In this document: one piece after another, positions 39,901 through 48,407 of the stretch
How positions within the stretch are numbered: the first letter of the stretch is position 1
How the letters are laid out: each line of letters opens with the position of its first letter
From: an uncultured bacterium
GTDB taxonomy: Bacteria > UBA8481
Reading direction: 5' to 3'
DNA: 64,000 nt
Assembly (NCBI GenBank): GCA_964548165.1
Contig: CAZJQD010000013.1
Location: 12,454-76,453 of the forward strand
Program-made: the position numbers and the translations under genes
The notes under the pieces: generated by a model
What the model was told of the DNA's origin: nothing
Seen by the model: the letters and a program-made list of their open reading frames with translations, nothing else
Databases searched by the model: none

Positions 39901-40496
39901 TCGCGGGGCTCGACCTTGCCGTCGGAGTGACCGGCCACACGCGGGGGGCCTTGACCGGGCAAGGCGAGGGGAGATTCGCCACGACCGAGACGCGTACCTG
40001 GAAGCATGCGCGCGGCGCGACGGTGCGTCGTCCGGGCTGGGGCGGCGGGAACGCCCGCACGACCGAGCAGATGCTCCGGTGGATCGAGTGGTTCGAGGGA
40101 GAACTGCTGCGCCGGCCCTGGCCGACGATCAACGCGACCGGCGGCGGGGCGAGGCTGGAGGGCGCGCAGGAGATGGGGCTCGTGGAGGCCCTGAAGCGGC
40201 ACCCCGCGAAGCCCTGGTCGCTTCCGGCGCCGCGGCCGTTCACGGAGCGCGCCCAGGAGCGGGTGCGTCGGTCGCTTGCGGCGATTCGCGACGGGGTGCC
40301 CGACGCCGAGCCGCTCCTGTCCATCCTCCTGCGCTGGGACCTCTGCGTCTCAGGCGCGGTCCCGGCCCAGGCGGAATCCTCCCGGGTCCGGGGCTCAGCC
40401 GAGCAGACCTTGTGCGATGACCTCCGCCGGCAGGTCGCGGGGGTCCTGGCCGGGGAGGCCCGGCGCGAGTCGCGCCGGGGCGAAGCCCGGAAATAA
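36969..40496 (+). CDS. Giant tandem Maf-like protein (two MptE-like / DUF115 modules fused, about 1175 aa)
   Basis: Two copies each of the Maf N-terminal motif (LLSRYDPEKETARW; RHLDASDRPAATAQQRV) and of the GxGPSL...DTALR...GI.PD..VAVDA. core (ILVGAGPSL...IAVDTALRRLDRAGIIPDVTVAVDAN; VLLAAGPSL...VVVDTALRAVARAGITPDLVVAVDAS). Confidence 0.7.
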   Translation: MTIHPANERHFVSRPQFRAALAAAAGTWSLESSRHGAPVPVRVADGRWLLSRYDPEKETARWLATQNIAPDELPVFIGFNPYIPGALVNRPIVMVEKDAGLVAACLAGMDLGVALEGVSIVLDESGYQMMSAVRNANDVFRHRRLRLLPLPTAEDTAWVKSVLEHGVKIQRELSLNAISYSCQLPKWISTVRANLATMMNGPDGRSVYGSLNGATAILVGAGPSLEKNIDQLAACRGRALIIAVDTALRRLDRAGIIPDVTVAVDANDANARDVDGLGERLLEESILAADPIVAPAVVRAFRGPRTFFRSINFTFDLEGNAVPMVEPLDFLLHEIAGRNVIAAWQSGGSVSTNAFNLCHLLGVSRVVLVGQDLAFTEGRAHSSGVGHEDEHAGRMLGRFRSREMLVRMATRDGDFLVPGWNGGMVRTNEVLREYLNWFEMTMEHGFGRVFAEVIDASEGGASKKGMTRSTLADALKRLPETGDPAVALRRALAGAEPAGAPGWERRVVAFVEKLRRLAGASPEAVTRELPLAPWLVLPAWIGSFDMDPEDRRAVQSGGISSAVDFLLKVFSGMAAEFEASARFASSAGGPAPASPRSATTAAATAPRAPSPLPPEPATPAGLHVTAAADGSPILALATGTGVRHLDASDRPAATAQQRVDQLVAGGLDGAGPEGARPEMLVIVGVGLGYELEAAVARRELTAIVLVEPDAGAIRRARKIRNLEHALADPRVTTFIAEKPRAIFEQLAARFDHGMESGRHLVVLPRARRIVHPSCGLDPSALAAVEEQLDALLVVSERNRRTLARFAEPWRRNILANIPAILAGGRLADLEGAAKGVPAVLLAAGPSLDGVLGELRLELEKRGAARPLVVVVDTALRAVARAGITPDLVVAVDASDENLGDFEGVSIDQDRTALVYVPVVHPAIPALFARRFATSYGHPVQVWLEEATGRAFGSLSISGSVATLAYDLLRYLGAKPIILAGLDLAVGVTGHTRGALTGQGEGRFATTETRTWKHARGATVRRPGWGGGNARTTEQMLRWIEWFEGELLRRPWPTINATGGGARLEGAQEMGLVEALKRHPAKPWSLPAPRPFTERAQERVRRSLAAIRDGVPDAEPLLSILLRWDLCVSGAVPAQAESSRVRGSAEQTLCDDLRRQVAGVLAGEARRESRRGEARK

Positions 40497-40580
40497 TCCC
40501 ACCAACCCGTCGCATTTCAAACCCCGGTCGTACTATAGTGAATGTGGTGGACGTCGCCAGGGGGCGGCAGGGGGGGACGC

Positions 40581-41243
40581 ATGCCGATACATGACGCCAA
40601 TTTCAAGGAACCGACGGTGACCGAGCAGGTCATGATCGTCACGCTCCGGGAAGTGATCGAGGGGCTGATGTATCACAACGAGAATGTCCGCATGAGCGAC
40701 GCGTTGAACGCCGAGGCCAAGCAGCATAGCCGCTACGTCTCGTTGAAGGACGCCGTGGTCTACTCCATCGCCACCGGCCGCGAGATCCTGCGAACCGCCT
40801 TTCTCGTGGTCTCGCACAGCCACATCATCTACATGACGCCGAAAGCGGCGGTGCGCGTTGCCGTCCACCCGGGCCTCGAGGAGGAGAACGGCAAGGGCGA
40901 AGCGGGCGCCGATGTCGGTTCGGACGATCTGCTCCCGGATACGCCCGAGATTCACTGGCACTCCGTGGCGCCGGCCGGGGTGCCGATGAGCCCCCAGGCG
41001 GGTCGGGGAGCGTCGGCCTCGGCCGTCGCGGCCGCCACGGTGGGAGCAACCAGCACGGCAGGCGCCACCAGGAACATGGACGCGTCCGCCAAGGTCTCCG
41101 CCGAGCCTTCGCCGATGGTGCACGCGCCGAGCGATCAGCACCTGGCATCCCGCCAGGCCATGCTCAAGACGCTCGCCGCGATCCGCGCTCACGCGGAGGA
41201 TCACAAGGCCGTGATGGGCGCGGCCGGTCGGGACCTGGACTGA
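40581..41243 (+). CDS. Hypothetical protein: a globular N-terminal domain of about 95 aa followed by an Ala/Ser-rich low-complexity tail
   Basis: Coding-like composition (VMIVTLREVIEGLMYHNENVRMSDALNAEAKQHSRYVSLKDAVVYSIATG...); the opposite-strand ORF is Arg-rich shadow. Confidence 0.5.
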   Translation: MPIHDANFKEPTVTEQVMIVTLREVIEGLMYHNENVRMSDALNAEAKQHSRYVSLKDAVVYSIATGREILRTAFLVVSHSHIIYMTPKAAVRVAVHPGLEEENGKGEAGADVGSDDLLPDTPEIHWHSVAPAGVPMSPQAGRGASASAVAAATVGATSTAGATRNMDASAKVSAEPSPMVHAPSDQHLASRQAMLKTLAAIRAHAEDHKAVMGAAGRDLD

Positions 41244-41251
41244 GGGGATAG

Positions 41252-42670
41252 TTGCCGGTGGCCACCGCGACCCCTGCTCCACCGCTTGCCGCAGAAGATT
41301 CGGTGGCGATGGCCGGCGAAGAGCGCCGCGCGATCCTGAGCCGGCTCCTCGTAAGGCTCCTCAAGCTCGTGTCGCAGGACGAACGAGGGCAGACGATCGC
41401 GCGGTCCGCTCACCCCGACGAGGTCGCCAGCGAGCTGGCCGCGATGGGCGAGCGCGCGCTCGATAATCTCCCGCTTCCTGAGGGCTTTTTTCTGACCAAG
41501 GCCTGCCGCCAGCAGTTGCTCGTCATGCTCCATAACGAGATCCTCGGCTTTGGACCGATCCAGGATCTCCTGGACGACAATAACATCGAGGAGATCATGG
41601 TGAACGGCCCGGACAGGGTCTTCGTGGAGCGAAGGGGAAAGATTCAACCTGTTACTGTCCACTTTCGCGATCGCGACCACCTGATGAACCTGATCCAGCG
41701 CATCGTCTGGAGATTGGGGCGCCGGATCGACGAGGCCTCGCCGCTCGTGGACGCCCGTTTGCCCGACGGCTCGCGCGTCCACGCCGCGATCGCGCCCGTT
41801 GCGCTTCGCGGCCCCTACCTCACGATTCGCAAGTTCGCGGCCACGGCGATGACGTTGAATGGCCTGGTGGAGCGCCATTGCCTGAACGCGGCCATGGCCG
41901 AGTTTCTCCGCAATGCCGTGGAGGCCCGGCTCAACATCATCGTCTCCGGTGGTACGAGCTCGGGAAAGACGACGTTCCTGAACGTGCTGGCCTCGCTGAC
42001 GCCGCCGCAAGAGCGGTTGGTCACGATCGAGGACGCGGCGGAACTGCAGATGGGCACGCACGAGAACGTCTGCGCGTTCGAGGCTCGGCCGGCCAACATC
42101 GAGGGGAGAGGGGCCATCACGATCCGTGACCTCATCCGTAACGCCCTCAGGATGCGGCCGGATCGGTTGATCGTGGGGGAAGTGCGCGGCGCCGAGTCGC
42201 TCGACATGCTCCAGGCCATGAACACGGGGCACGAGGGCTCCTTCACGACCGTGCACGCCAACTCGGCCCAGGACCTCTTTTCGCGCCTGGAGACCATGGT
42301 CTGCATGGGCGCCACCGAGCTCCCGGTCACGGCGATCCGCGACATCATCGCCTCCGCCGTGCACCTCGTGGTGCAGGTCGCCCGGCGGCCGGACGGTCAG
42401 CGCCAGGTCGTGGAGATCGCCGAGGTCTGCGGCGTCGGCGAGGACGGGCGCATCGCGGTGAATCCCATCTGGACGTGGGACGTGGTCGGTTACGGCGCGG
42501 ACGGGACGGTGGAGAGCGCCTTCCGGTGGCACGGGGTGCCGCTCAGGACGCGCGCGCGCTTCGAGGCGCATGGCCGTCGCTGGCTTCCGCCGACAGCGGC
42601 GGCGGCTCGCGCCACCCAGGACGGCGAGGTCGTCAACAGCTTCCTGGATCGCCTCCAGAAGGACCTGTGA
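41252..42670 (+). CDS. CpaF/TadA-family secretion ATPase (type II/IV secretion NTPase)
   Basis: Walker A IIVSGGTSSGKTTFLN, Asp box, MNTGHEGSFTTVHANSA, and CpaF-like N-terminal region. Confidence 0.85.
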   Translation: MPVATATPAPPLAAEDSVAMAGEERRAILSRLLVRLLKLVSQDERGQTIARSAHPDEVASELAAMGERALDNLPLPEGFFLTKACRQQLLVMLHNEILGFGPIQDLLDDNNIEEIMVNGPDRVFVERRGKIQPVTVHFRDRDHLMNLIQRIVWRLGRRIDEASPLVDARLPDGSRVHAAIAPVALRGPYLTIRKFAATAMTLNGLVERHCLNAAMAEFLRNAVEARLNIIVSGGTSSGKTTFLNVLASLTPPQERLVTIEDAAELQMGTHENVCAFEARPANIEGRGAITIRDLIRNALRMRPDRLIVGEVRGAESLDMLQAMNTGHEGSFTTVHANSAQDLFSRLETMVCMGATELPVTAIRDIIASAVHLVVQVARRPDGQRQVVEIAEVCGVGEDGRIAVNPIWTWDVVGYGADGTVESAFRWHGVPLRTRARFEAHGRRWLPPTAAAARATQDGEVVNSFLDRLQKDL

Positions 42671-42676
42671 GCGGCC

Positions 42677-43360
42677 TCAGGCCGCGGCTGATCCGGCTGA
42701 TCTTTCCTTGTAGACCGTCCAGGCAATGGGCAGGAGCGAGAGGAAAACGATGGCGAGCGCGATCTTGTCGATGTGAAGTTCGAGCGGGAAGCCGAGCGTC
42801 GTGCGGGTCCATCCACCGAGAAAATAGCCTGCCAGGACCATGCTCCAGACCCAGGTGAAGGCGCCCAGGATGTTGAAGGTCATGAAGACGGGAAATCGCA
42901 TCTTGACGATCCCCGCGACGATGGGCGCAAAGGTTCGGACGAACGGAACCCACCGTCCGGCTACGATGAAGAAGGTGCCCCAGCGCCCGTAGAATTCTTC
43001 GGTCTTCCTCAGCCAGGCCTTCTTGAAGAGCGGGATACCGAGGATCGATCGGTCGGGCCACGAGTAAAGCGCGCGTCCGAAGAATGTGCCGATCCAGTAG
43101 CCGACCTGGTCGCCCATGATTCCGCAGGCAGGCACGATGACGAGGAGTTGCCAGAGTGGCAGCAGCGCGTGTCCGTCAGGTCCGGGCGTGGCCGCGAAGA
43201 TGCCGCAGAGCACGAGGAGCGAATCGCCCGGGAGCAGTGCGAAGAAACCCGTCTCGGCGAAGATGATGAGACAGATGACAGGGATGCCTCCGGTCTGGAT
43301 GAGCCAGGTAATTCCCTCGGGCGAGAAAAGCCAGACGAACTGGTGGATGAGGTCAATCAT
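42677..43360 (-). CDS. DedA-family (VTT / SNARE-associated domain) membrane protein
   Basis: LPGDSLLVLCGIFAA...GRWVPFVRTFAPIVAGIVKMRF. Confidence 0.85.
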   Translation of the reverse strand: MIDLIHQFVWLFSPEGITWLIQTGGIPVICLIIFAETGFFALLPGDSLLVLCGIFAATPGPDGHALLPLWQLLVIVPACGIMGDQVGYWIGTFFGRALYSWPDRSILGIPLFKKAWLRKTEEFYGRWGTFFIVAGRWVPFVRTFAPIVAGIVKMRFPVFMTFNILGAFTWVWSMVLAGYFLGGWTRTTLGFPLELHIDKIALAIVFLSLLPIAWTVYKERSAGSAAA

Positions 43361-43531
43361 GGTGCCAAGGAGAATATCGGCGCGCGGACAGACTGCAAGC
43401 CAACGGTGTCAGGCTAGCAGTTTCGCGGCTTCATCGGGGCAATCCGAACTCATCTAGTTGCAGGGTGGTGTCATCGAGTGGCACGCTGTCTGGCGGAACT
43501 TCGAGACTGCTAGCCTGACCCTCTTTGTCGG

Positions 43532-44761
43532 TCAACCCGGGAGGATACCGGCGTCGTCGGTAGGTGGCTCGTGCAGGTCGCGCGCGTCCGGAGAGGGGGA
43601 CGGGGCGACGGGACCGGGGTGCAGGCCGAGCAGGAGGAGGCTGGCAAGGACCGTGACGATGCCGGCGCCGAGCCCGGTGGCGGAGTAGCCGCCGCGCGCA
43701 TAGAGCCATCCGCCTGCGGCGGCCCCGGTCGCCATGCCGGTGAGGATGGCCGTGTTGTTGACCAGGAGCAGGGGACCGCGACTCGCGGCCGGCACGAGCT
43801 CGCCGAGAGCGGCCATGGTCGCGGTGAAGCGCCACGAGGCCAAGGGACTGCAGAGCGCGTAGGCGACGGCGGCGGCGCCGAGTGCGCCGATATGCGGGAG
43901 CCCGACGAAGAGGGCGGCCATCGCCGTGTTCGCGAGAAACGCGATCGGGCGGCGACCGAAGCGATCAGAGACGCGACCCGCCAGGGGCGCGGCGAAGAAG
44001 GCGGCGATACCGGAAGAGAGGAAGATGAATCCGACGACGGAGGTCGAGACGCCGAAACGGGTCTCGATCCAGGGGGCGAGGTAGGTCGAGCTGGCCGTGA
44101 AGCCGGCGCCGTATCCGAAGTACGTGAGGAGTCCCCACGGGACGCCGCGCGTGGTCAAGAGCGGCGCGTAATCCCGGAGCGTGAAGACGCCTCCCTGTTC
44201 GCCCTCGGGCACGCGCCTCACGAACCAGGCGGCGGACGCGACGGCCGCGCCCGTCGTGGCGAAAGCGAGGCGCCAGGAGATGCGGTCGGCCAGGACGGTG
44301 TTGAGCGGAAGAAAGAGGATCGTGGCCAGGAAGAATCCCGCGGTCAGCCAGCCGATGGCGCCGGCGCGTTCCTCCCGGGGCAGGACCTGGAGCACGTGGA
44401 CGTGGCAGAGCGTCATGGCCACGCCGCCCCCGACGCCACAGGCGGCGCGCGCGATGACGAGCCCCGGAAGCCCCGGGGCGAGGGCGGCGATCGCGTTGCC
44501 CGCGGCCAGCACCAGGAGTCCTGCCCTCAGCGAAGCAATCGTGCCGCGGCGGACGACGAGCGGCGCCAGGAACGGGGTGGCCAGGGCGGAGGCGAGTGCG
44601 TACGAGGTGACGAGCCAGCCGATGGCATCGGGCGTGGTCGCGAAGGCGCGCGCGAGCAGGGCCGTGAGCGGCGTGACGAGCTGCATGTCCACGGCGCCCA
44701 CGGCGATGGTGACCATCATGGGGATGACGACGCGGCGTCGGGTGTCGCCGGTGGTGTTCAT
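43532..44761 (-). CDS. MFS transporter
   Basis: Twelve predicted transmembrane helices, MFS-like loop motifs. Confidence 0.75.
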   Translation of the reverse strand: MNTTGDTRRRVVIPMMVTIAVGAVDMQLVTPLTALLARAFATTPDAIGWLVTSYALASALATPFLAPLVVRRGTIASLRAGLLVLAAGNAIAALAPGLPGLVIARAACGVGGGVAMTLCHVHVLQVLPREERAGAIGWLTAGFFLATILFLPLNTVLADRISWRLAFATTGAAVASAAWFVRRVPEGEQGGVFTLRDYAPLLTTRGVPWGLLTYFGYGAGFTASSTYLAPWIETRFGVSTSVVGFIFLSSGIAAFFAAPLAGRVSDRFGRRPIAFLANTAMAALFVGLPHIGALGAAAVAYALCSPLASWRFTATMAALGELVPAASRGPLLLVNNTAILTGMATGAAAGGWLYARGGYSATGLGAGIVTVLASLLLLGLHPGPVAPSPSPDARDLHEPPTDDAGILPG

Positions 44762-44809
44762 GAGACGACGGCGCTCTGCGTTCCTGGCATCACGAAGGAG
44801 AGAGAATAA

Positions 44810-46303
44810 TCAGGGGGTGGCGGCGAGCGGAGAGTCCGTCGGGTTCTTCGCGGAAGGATCGCCCGCGGGCTTGGCGAGCTCGGGTCCAGGCGCCTGGCTG
44901 CCAGCTACCTGCTCCTGCGCCGACCGGGTCTCCATCAGCGCCGCATGCTCCGTCTCGATCGTCCCCGCGACGGCGGCCGTCATGAAGCACGCGAGCGTGC
45001 CCGCGATCATGGCGCGCAGGCCGATGCGCGCGAGGTCGTGCCGCCGCTCGGGCGCCAGGGCGCTGATGCCGCCGATCTGGATCCCGATGGAGGCAAAGTT
45101 CGAGAAGCCGCAGAGCGCGTAGATGGCGATGATCGTCGAGCGGGGGCTCATCTTGTCCACCAGGCTCACCATGTCCAGGTAGGCCACGAACTCGTTCACC
45201 ACCGTCTTCGTGCCCATCAACTGGCCCACGAGGCGGCAGTCCTCGGCGCGGACACCCATGATCCAGGCGAGGGGCGCCATCACCACCCCGAAGATCTCCT
45301 TCAAGGTGGTGGGGAAGGGCGTGACGCCGAGGGCGGCCAGCGGACCGCCGAGGACGGGTTCGATCCAGGGAGCGGCCAGCCCGACGGCGGCGTCGATGAG
45401 CGCGATGAGCGCGATGAAGGCGATGAGCATGGCGGCGACGTTGAGGGAGAGCTGGAGGCCCTCGGTGGCGCCGCGGGAGGCGGCATCGATGCCGTTGGTG
45501 TCGACGCGCGGGATGGCGACCTTGGCCCCCGTGGCTGTCTCCGGCGTTCCCTCCTCGGGGCACATGATCTTGGCCATGACGAGGGCGGCGGGCGCCGACA
45601 TCACGGAGGCGGCCATGAGGTGCCCGGCGATCTGGGGGAACTCGTGCATGAGGAACCCGACGTAGGCGGCCATGACGCCGCCGGCAACCGTGGCGAATCC
45701 GCCGGTCATGACGCAGAAGAGCTCGGAGGTCGTCATCTTCAGGAGATAGGGGCGGACGATGAGCGGCGCCTCGGTCTGCCCCACGAAGATGTTGGCGGAG
45801 GCCGAGAGCGTCTCGGCGCCGGAGGTCTTGAGCGTCTTCTCCATCACCCAGGAGAAGGCCTTCACGACATGTTGCATGACGCCGTAGTGGTAGAGCACGG
45901 CCATGAGCGCGGAGAAGAAGATGATCGTCGGGAGGACCGAGAAGGCGAAGAAGGCGCCGGCGTTGGCCATGCCCGTGATCGCGCCCGGGAGGACGGGACC
46001 CATGACGTCCTCGATGCCTCCGACGGGAACGCCGACCGGGACGTTGTTGTCGACGAGGTTGCCGAAGACGAACCGGGAGCCGGCCTTGGCGAATCCGAGG
46101 AGCGCGACGATGACGTCGTTGAAGAAGAAGAAGAAGTTCCGCCCGGGCTCGGTCTTCAAGACGAGGAACGCGAAACCGACCTGGAGGGCGGTTCCGCCGA
46201 TCACGATCCGCCACGAGATGGCCCGGCGATTCGTGGAGAGCGCCCAGGCGATCCCGATGAGAACGAGCATGCCGACGAGGGAGCGGAGTTCCAGGAGGCC
46301 CAT
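44810..46303 (-). CDS. Concentrative nucleoside transporter (NupC/CNT family)
   Basis: Polytopic; CNT-like N-terminal, gate and C-terminal domain signature. Confidence 0.65.
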   Translation of the reverse strand: MGLLELRSLVGMLVLIGIAWALSTNRRAISWRIVIGGTALQVGFAFLVLKTEPGRNFFFFFNDVIVALLGFAKAGSRFVFGNLVDNNVPVGVPVGGIEDVMGPVLPGAITGMANAGAFFAFSVLPTIIFFSALMAVLYHYGVMQHVVKAFSWVMEKTLKTSGAETLSASANIFVGQTEAPLIVRPYLLKMTTSELFCVMTGGFATVAGGVMAAYVGFLMHEFPQIAGHLMAASVMSAPAALVMAKIMCPEEGTPETATGAKVAIPRVDTNGIDAASRGATEGLQLSLNVAAMLIAFIALIALIDAAVGLAAPWIEPVLGGPLAALGVTPFPTTLKEIFGVVMAPLAWIMGVRAEDCRLVGQLMGTKTVVNEFVAYLDMVSLVDKMSPRSTIIAIYALCGFSNFASIGIQIGGISALAPERRHDLARIGLRAMIAGTLACFMTAAVAGTIETEHAALMETRSAQEQVAGSQAPGPELAKPAGDPSAKNPTDSPLAATP

Positions 46304-46315
46304 GGGCTCGCCGCT

Positions 46316-47341
46316 TTAGAGCAGGGTCTGCTGGGTCATCGTCTGGACGGAGGTCGGCTGGGCGATGCAGGTCGTGTCGGCTTCCGGGGGCGAGTGGACG
46401 GCCGCGATGTGGGGAAAGAAGGTGGCCAGGTGCTTGGCCATCGTCACGAAGGTAGGCCCGAAGCCGTCCGAGTAGATGGCCTGCTCCAGGGCGTCCGCGA
46501 AGAGGCCCGTGTGCAGGAACCGTTCCGAGGGATGCTGTCTCAGGGCCCGCGTCAGGATCGTGGCGACGCGGTCCGGGACCTCGGGGCGGAAGTCCTTCAC
46601 GTTGGGGATGGGCCGCGTCCGGAGGTTCTCGAGGATGACGCTCGTGGAGTCCCCGTCGATGCAGTGGCGCCCGGTCAGCATCTCCCAGAGAACGATACCG
46701 AGGGAGAAGATGTCGGAGCGCGGATCGGTCGGGCGTCCCTCCGCGTGCTCGGGCGCCATGTAGCGCGCCTTGCCGACGAGCATGTGGTCGTCGGCCTCGC
46801 CCGCCGTCACGACCTTGGCGACGCCGAAGTCGGCGAGCTTGACGACGCCCTCCCCGGCGATGAGCACGTTGGAGGGGGAGACGTCGCGGTGGACGATCCC
46901 GAGAAGTTGACCGTTGCGGTCGCGCTTGCGGTGAGCGTATTCCAGGCCGCGGGCGACGCGGGAGGCGATGTAGACCGCGAGGTCGACGGGCATCGGCAGG
47001 TTCTGCTCGTGGTGGGCGGCCATGAGCGCGCGCAGGTCGGAGCCGTGCACGTACTCCATCTCGATGTAGAGCCGCCCGTCCGTCTGACCGAAGTGGTAGA
47101 TCTGGACGATGTGCACGTGGACGAGATCGGCGACGAGCTTGGCCTCGCGGACGAACCGATCGATGAACTCCGGGTCCCGCGACAGCTCCTCGCGGAGCAC
47201 CTTCAACGCGACGATCTTCTCGAACCCGTTGGTGCCGTAGGAGGTCGCCTCGAAGACGGCGCCCATGCCTCCTTCGTCGATCTTGCGGACAATGCGGTAC
47301 TTGCGAACGTCGGTGAAGTCGAAATCGTCCTCGTCGGCCAT
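46316..47341 (-). CDS. Serine/threonine protein kinase (Hanks type)
   Basis: GGMGAVFEA, VALKVL, HRDVSPSNVLI, DFGVAK. Confidence 0.9.
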   Translation of the reverse strand: MADEDDFDFTDVRKYRIVRKIDEGGMGAVFEATSYGTNGFEKIVALKVLREELSRDPEFIDRFVREAKLVADLVHVHIVQIYHFGQTDGRLYIEMEYVHGSDLRALMAAHHEQNLPMPVDLAVYIASRVARGLEYAHRKRDRNGQLLGIVHRDVSPSNVLIAGEGVVKLADFGVAKVVTAGEADDHMLVGKARYMAPEHAEGRPTDPRSDIFSLGIVLWEMLTGRHCIDGDSTSVILENLRTRPIPNVKDFRPEVPDRVATILTRALRQHPSERFLHTGLFADALEQAIYSDGFGPTFVTMAKHLATFFPHIAAVHSPPEADTTCIAQPTSVQTMTQQTLL

Positions 47342-47345
47342 GGGG

Positions 47346-48362
47346 TCAGTCCAGCGAGTCGAGGTGAGCGTGGGCGAGCGAAGCCGCGGCGACCAGGGAA
47401 CCGAGGATGGCGAGGAACTCGAGGTCGTGGGCCTCGATCACCGAGTGGTGCTGGCGACTGCCGCAGTAGAGGACGCCGATGGTGTTGCGCCGGGCCGTGA
47501 TGGGCGAGGCAACGACGGACCCGATGCGGCTCTGGACCACCGACTGACCCTCCTGGAACCGGGCGTCCTTCAGGGCGGCCTCCGTGACAACCGCCTCGCC
47601 GGTCGTGTAAACGTGCTGGCTGATCGTCATGGAGACCATCAGGTTTCCGCTGGCGGCGGCCGTGGACTTGGAGGCGACGAGCTCCAGGGTGCCGCGCGTC
47701 GGATTCCTCAGGAGGACAGCGGCGCGGTCGACGCCCGGAAGGGTATCGAGCGCGGCCTGGAGGAAGAGGTTGAGGATCTCGTCGAGGTGGTCGGCCGTGG
47801 AGAGGGCATTGGCGAGCTCGCCGAGGAGGCCGAGGCGGTGCAGGGCGCGGCGGCCCTCCTCCCCGGCCTTGTCGCCGCCGATGCGAACGAGCAACCCCGA
47901 CTTGCCCTCGCCGGATCCGGCGGCGGCGCCGTCGCTGGGCTGGGAGCTGAGCGCGAACTTCTTGAGGACGTCGAGCTGGCGCGCGCCCGTGTCCTCGTCG
48001 AGCTTGACCTCCATCTCTTTCATCGAGAGCTCGATCGTGCTCCCGCCGATCTTGACGCGGTCGCCCGCCGTCAGCGGAGTCTGCATGGAGAGCCGTCGGC
48101 CGTTCAGGAAGGTTCCGTTGGCAGACCCGAGATCGGTGATGCGCAACTGGCCCCCGACCTCATCGATCTGCGCATGCTTGCGCGACGCCTCGGAGTCCTC
48201 GAGTGCGATGGAGGCCATGGGGTCGCGCCCGATGCTCACGGGAAAATGCGTCAGCACCTGCTGGCGACCTTTTCCGTCTCGATTGATGATATTCGCGCTC
48301 CAAGCCATCTTGACCTCACCTCGTTGCAGGATCCCCCGTCGGGCAGGCGGGGAGGATAGCAA
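47346..48362 (-). CDS. FHA-domain protein with a C-terminal GAF domain
   Basis: FHA segment VSIGRD...SRKHAQI...SANGTFLNGRRL, followed by a GAF-like C-terminal half. The start may be the internal Met MAWSAN. Confidence 0.75.
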   Translation of the reverse strand: MLSSPPARRGILQRGEVKMAWSANIINRDGKGRQQVLTHFPVSIGRDPMASIALEDSEASRKHAQIDEVGGQLRITDLGSANGTFLNGRRLSMQTPLTAGDRVKIGGSTIELSMKEMEVKLDEDTGARQLDVLKKFALSSQPSDGAAAGSGEGKSGLLVRIGGDKAGEEGRRALHRLGLLGELANALSTADHLDEILNLFLQAALDTLPGVDRAAVLLRNPTRGTLELVASKSTAAASGNLMVSMTISQHVYTTGEAVVTEAALKDARFQEGQSVVQSRIGSVVASPITARRNTIGVLYCGSRQHHSVIEAHDLEFLAILGSLVAAASLAHAHLDSLD

Positions 48363-48407
48363 GCAAGCGAAGGGACGGCAACGATCCCGTCCTCGGGCTT
48401 GTGTACT

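Noticed and set aside
40533-41282. 249-aa minus-strand ORF
   Set aside because: It opposes the plus-strand 221-aa protein, which has the more protein-like composition. The minus frame is Arg/Gly/His-rich.
44945-47500. 851-aa plus-strand ORF
   Set aside because: It is antisense to the NupC transporter and the Ser/Thr kinase, which have clear family motifs. The ORF is Gly/Arg/Asp/Glu-rich with no domains.
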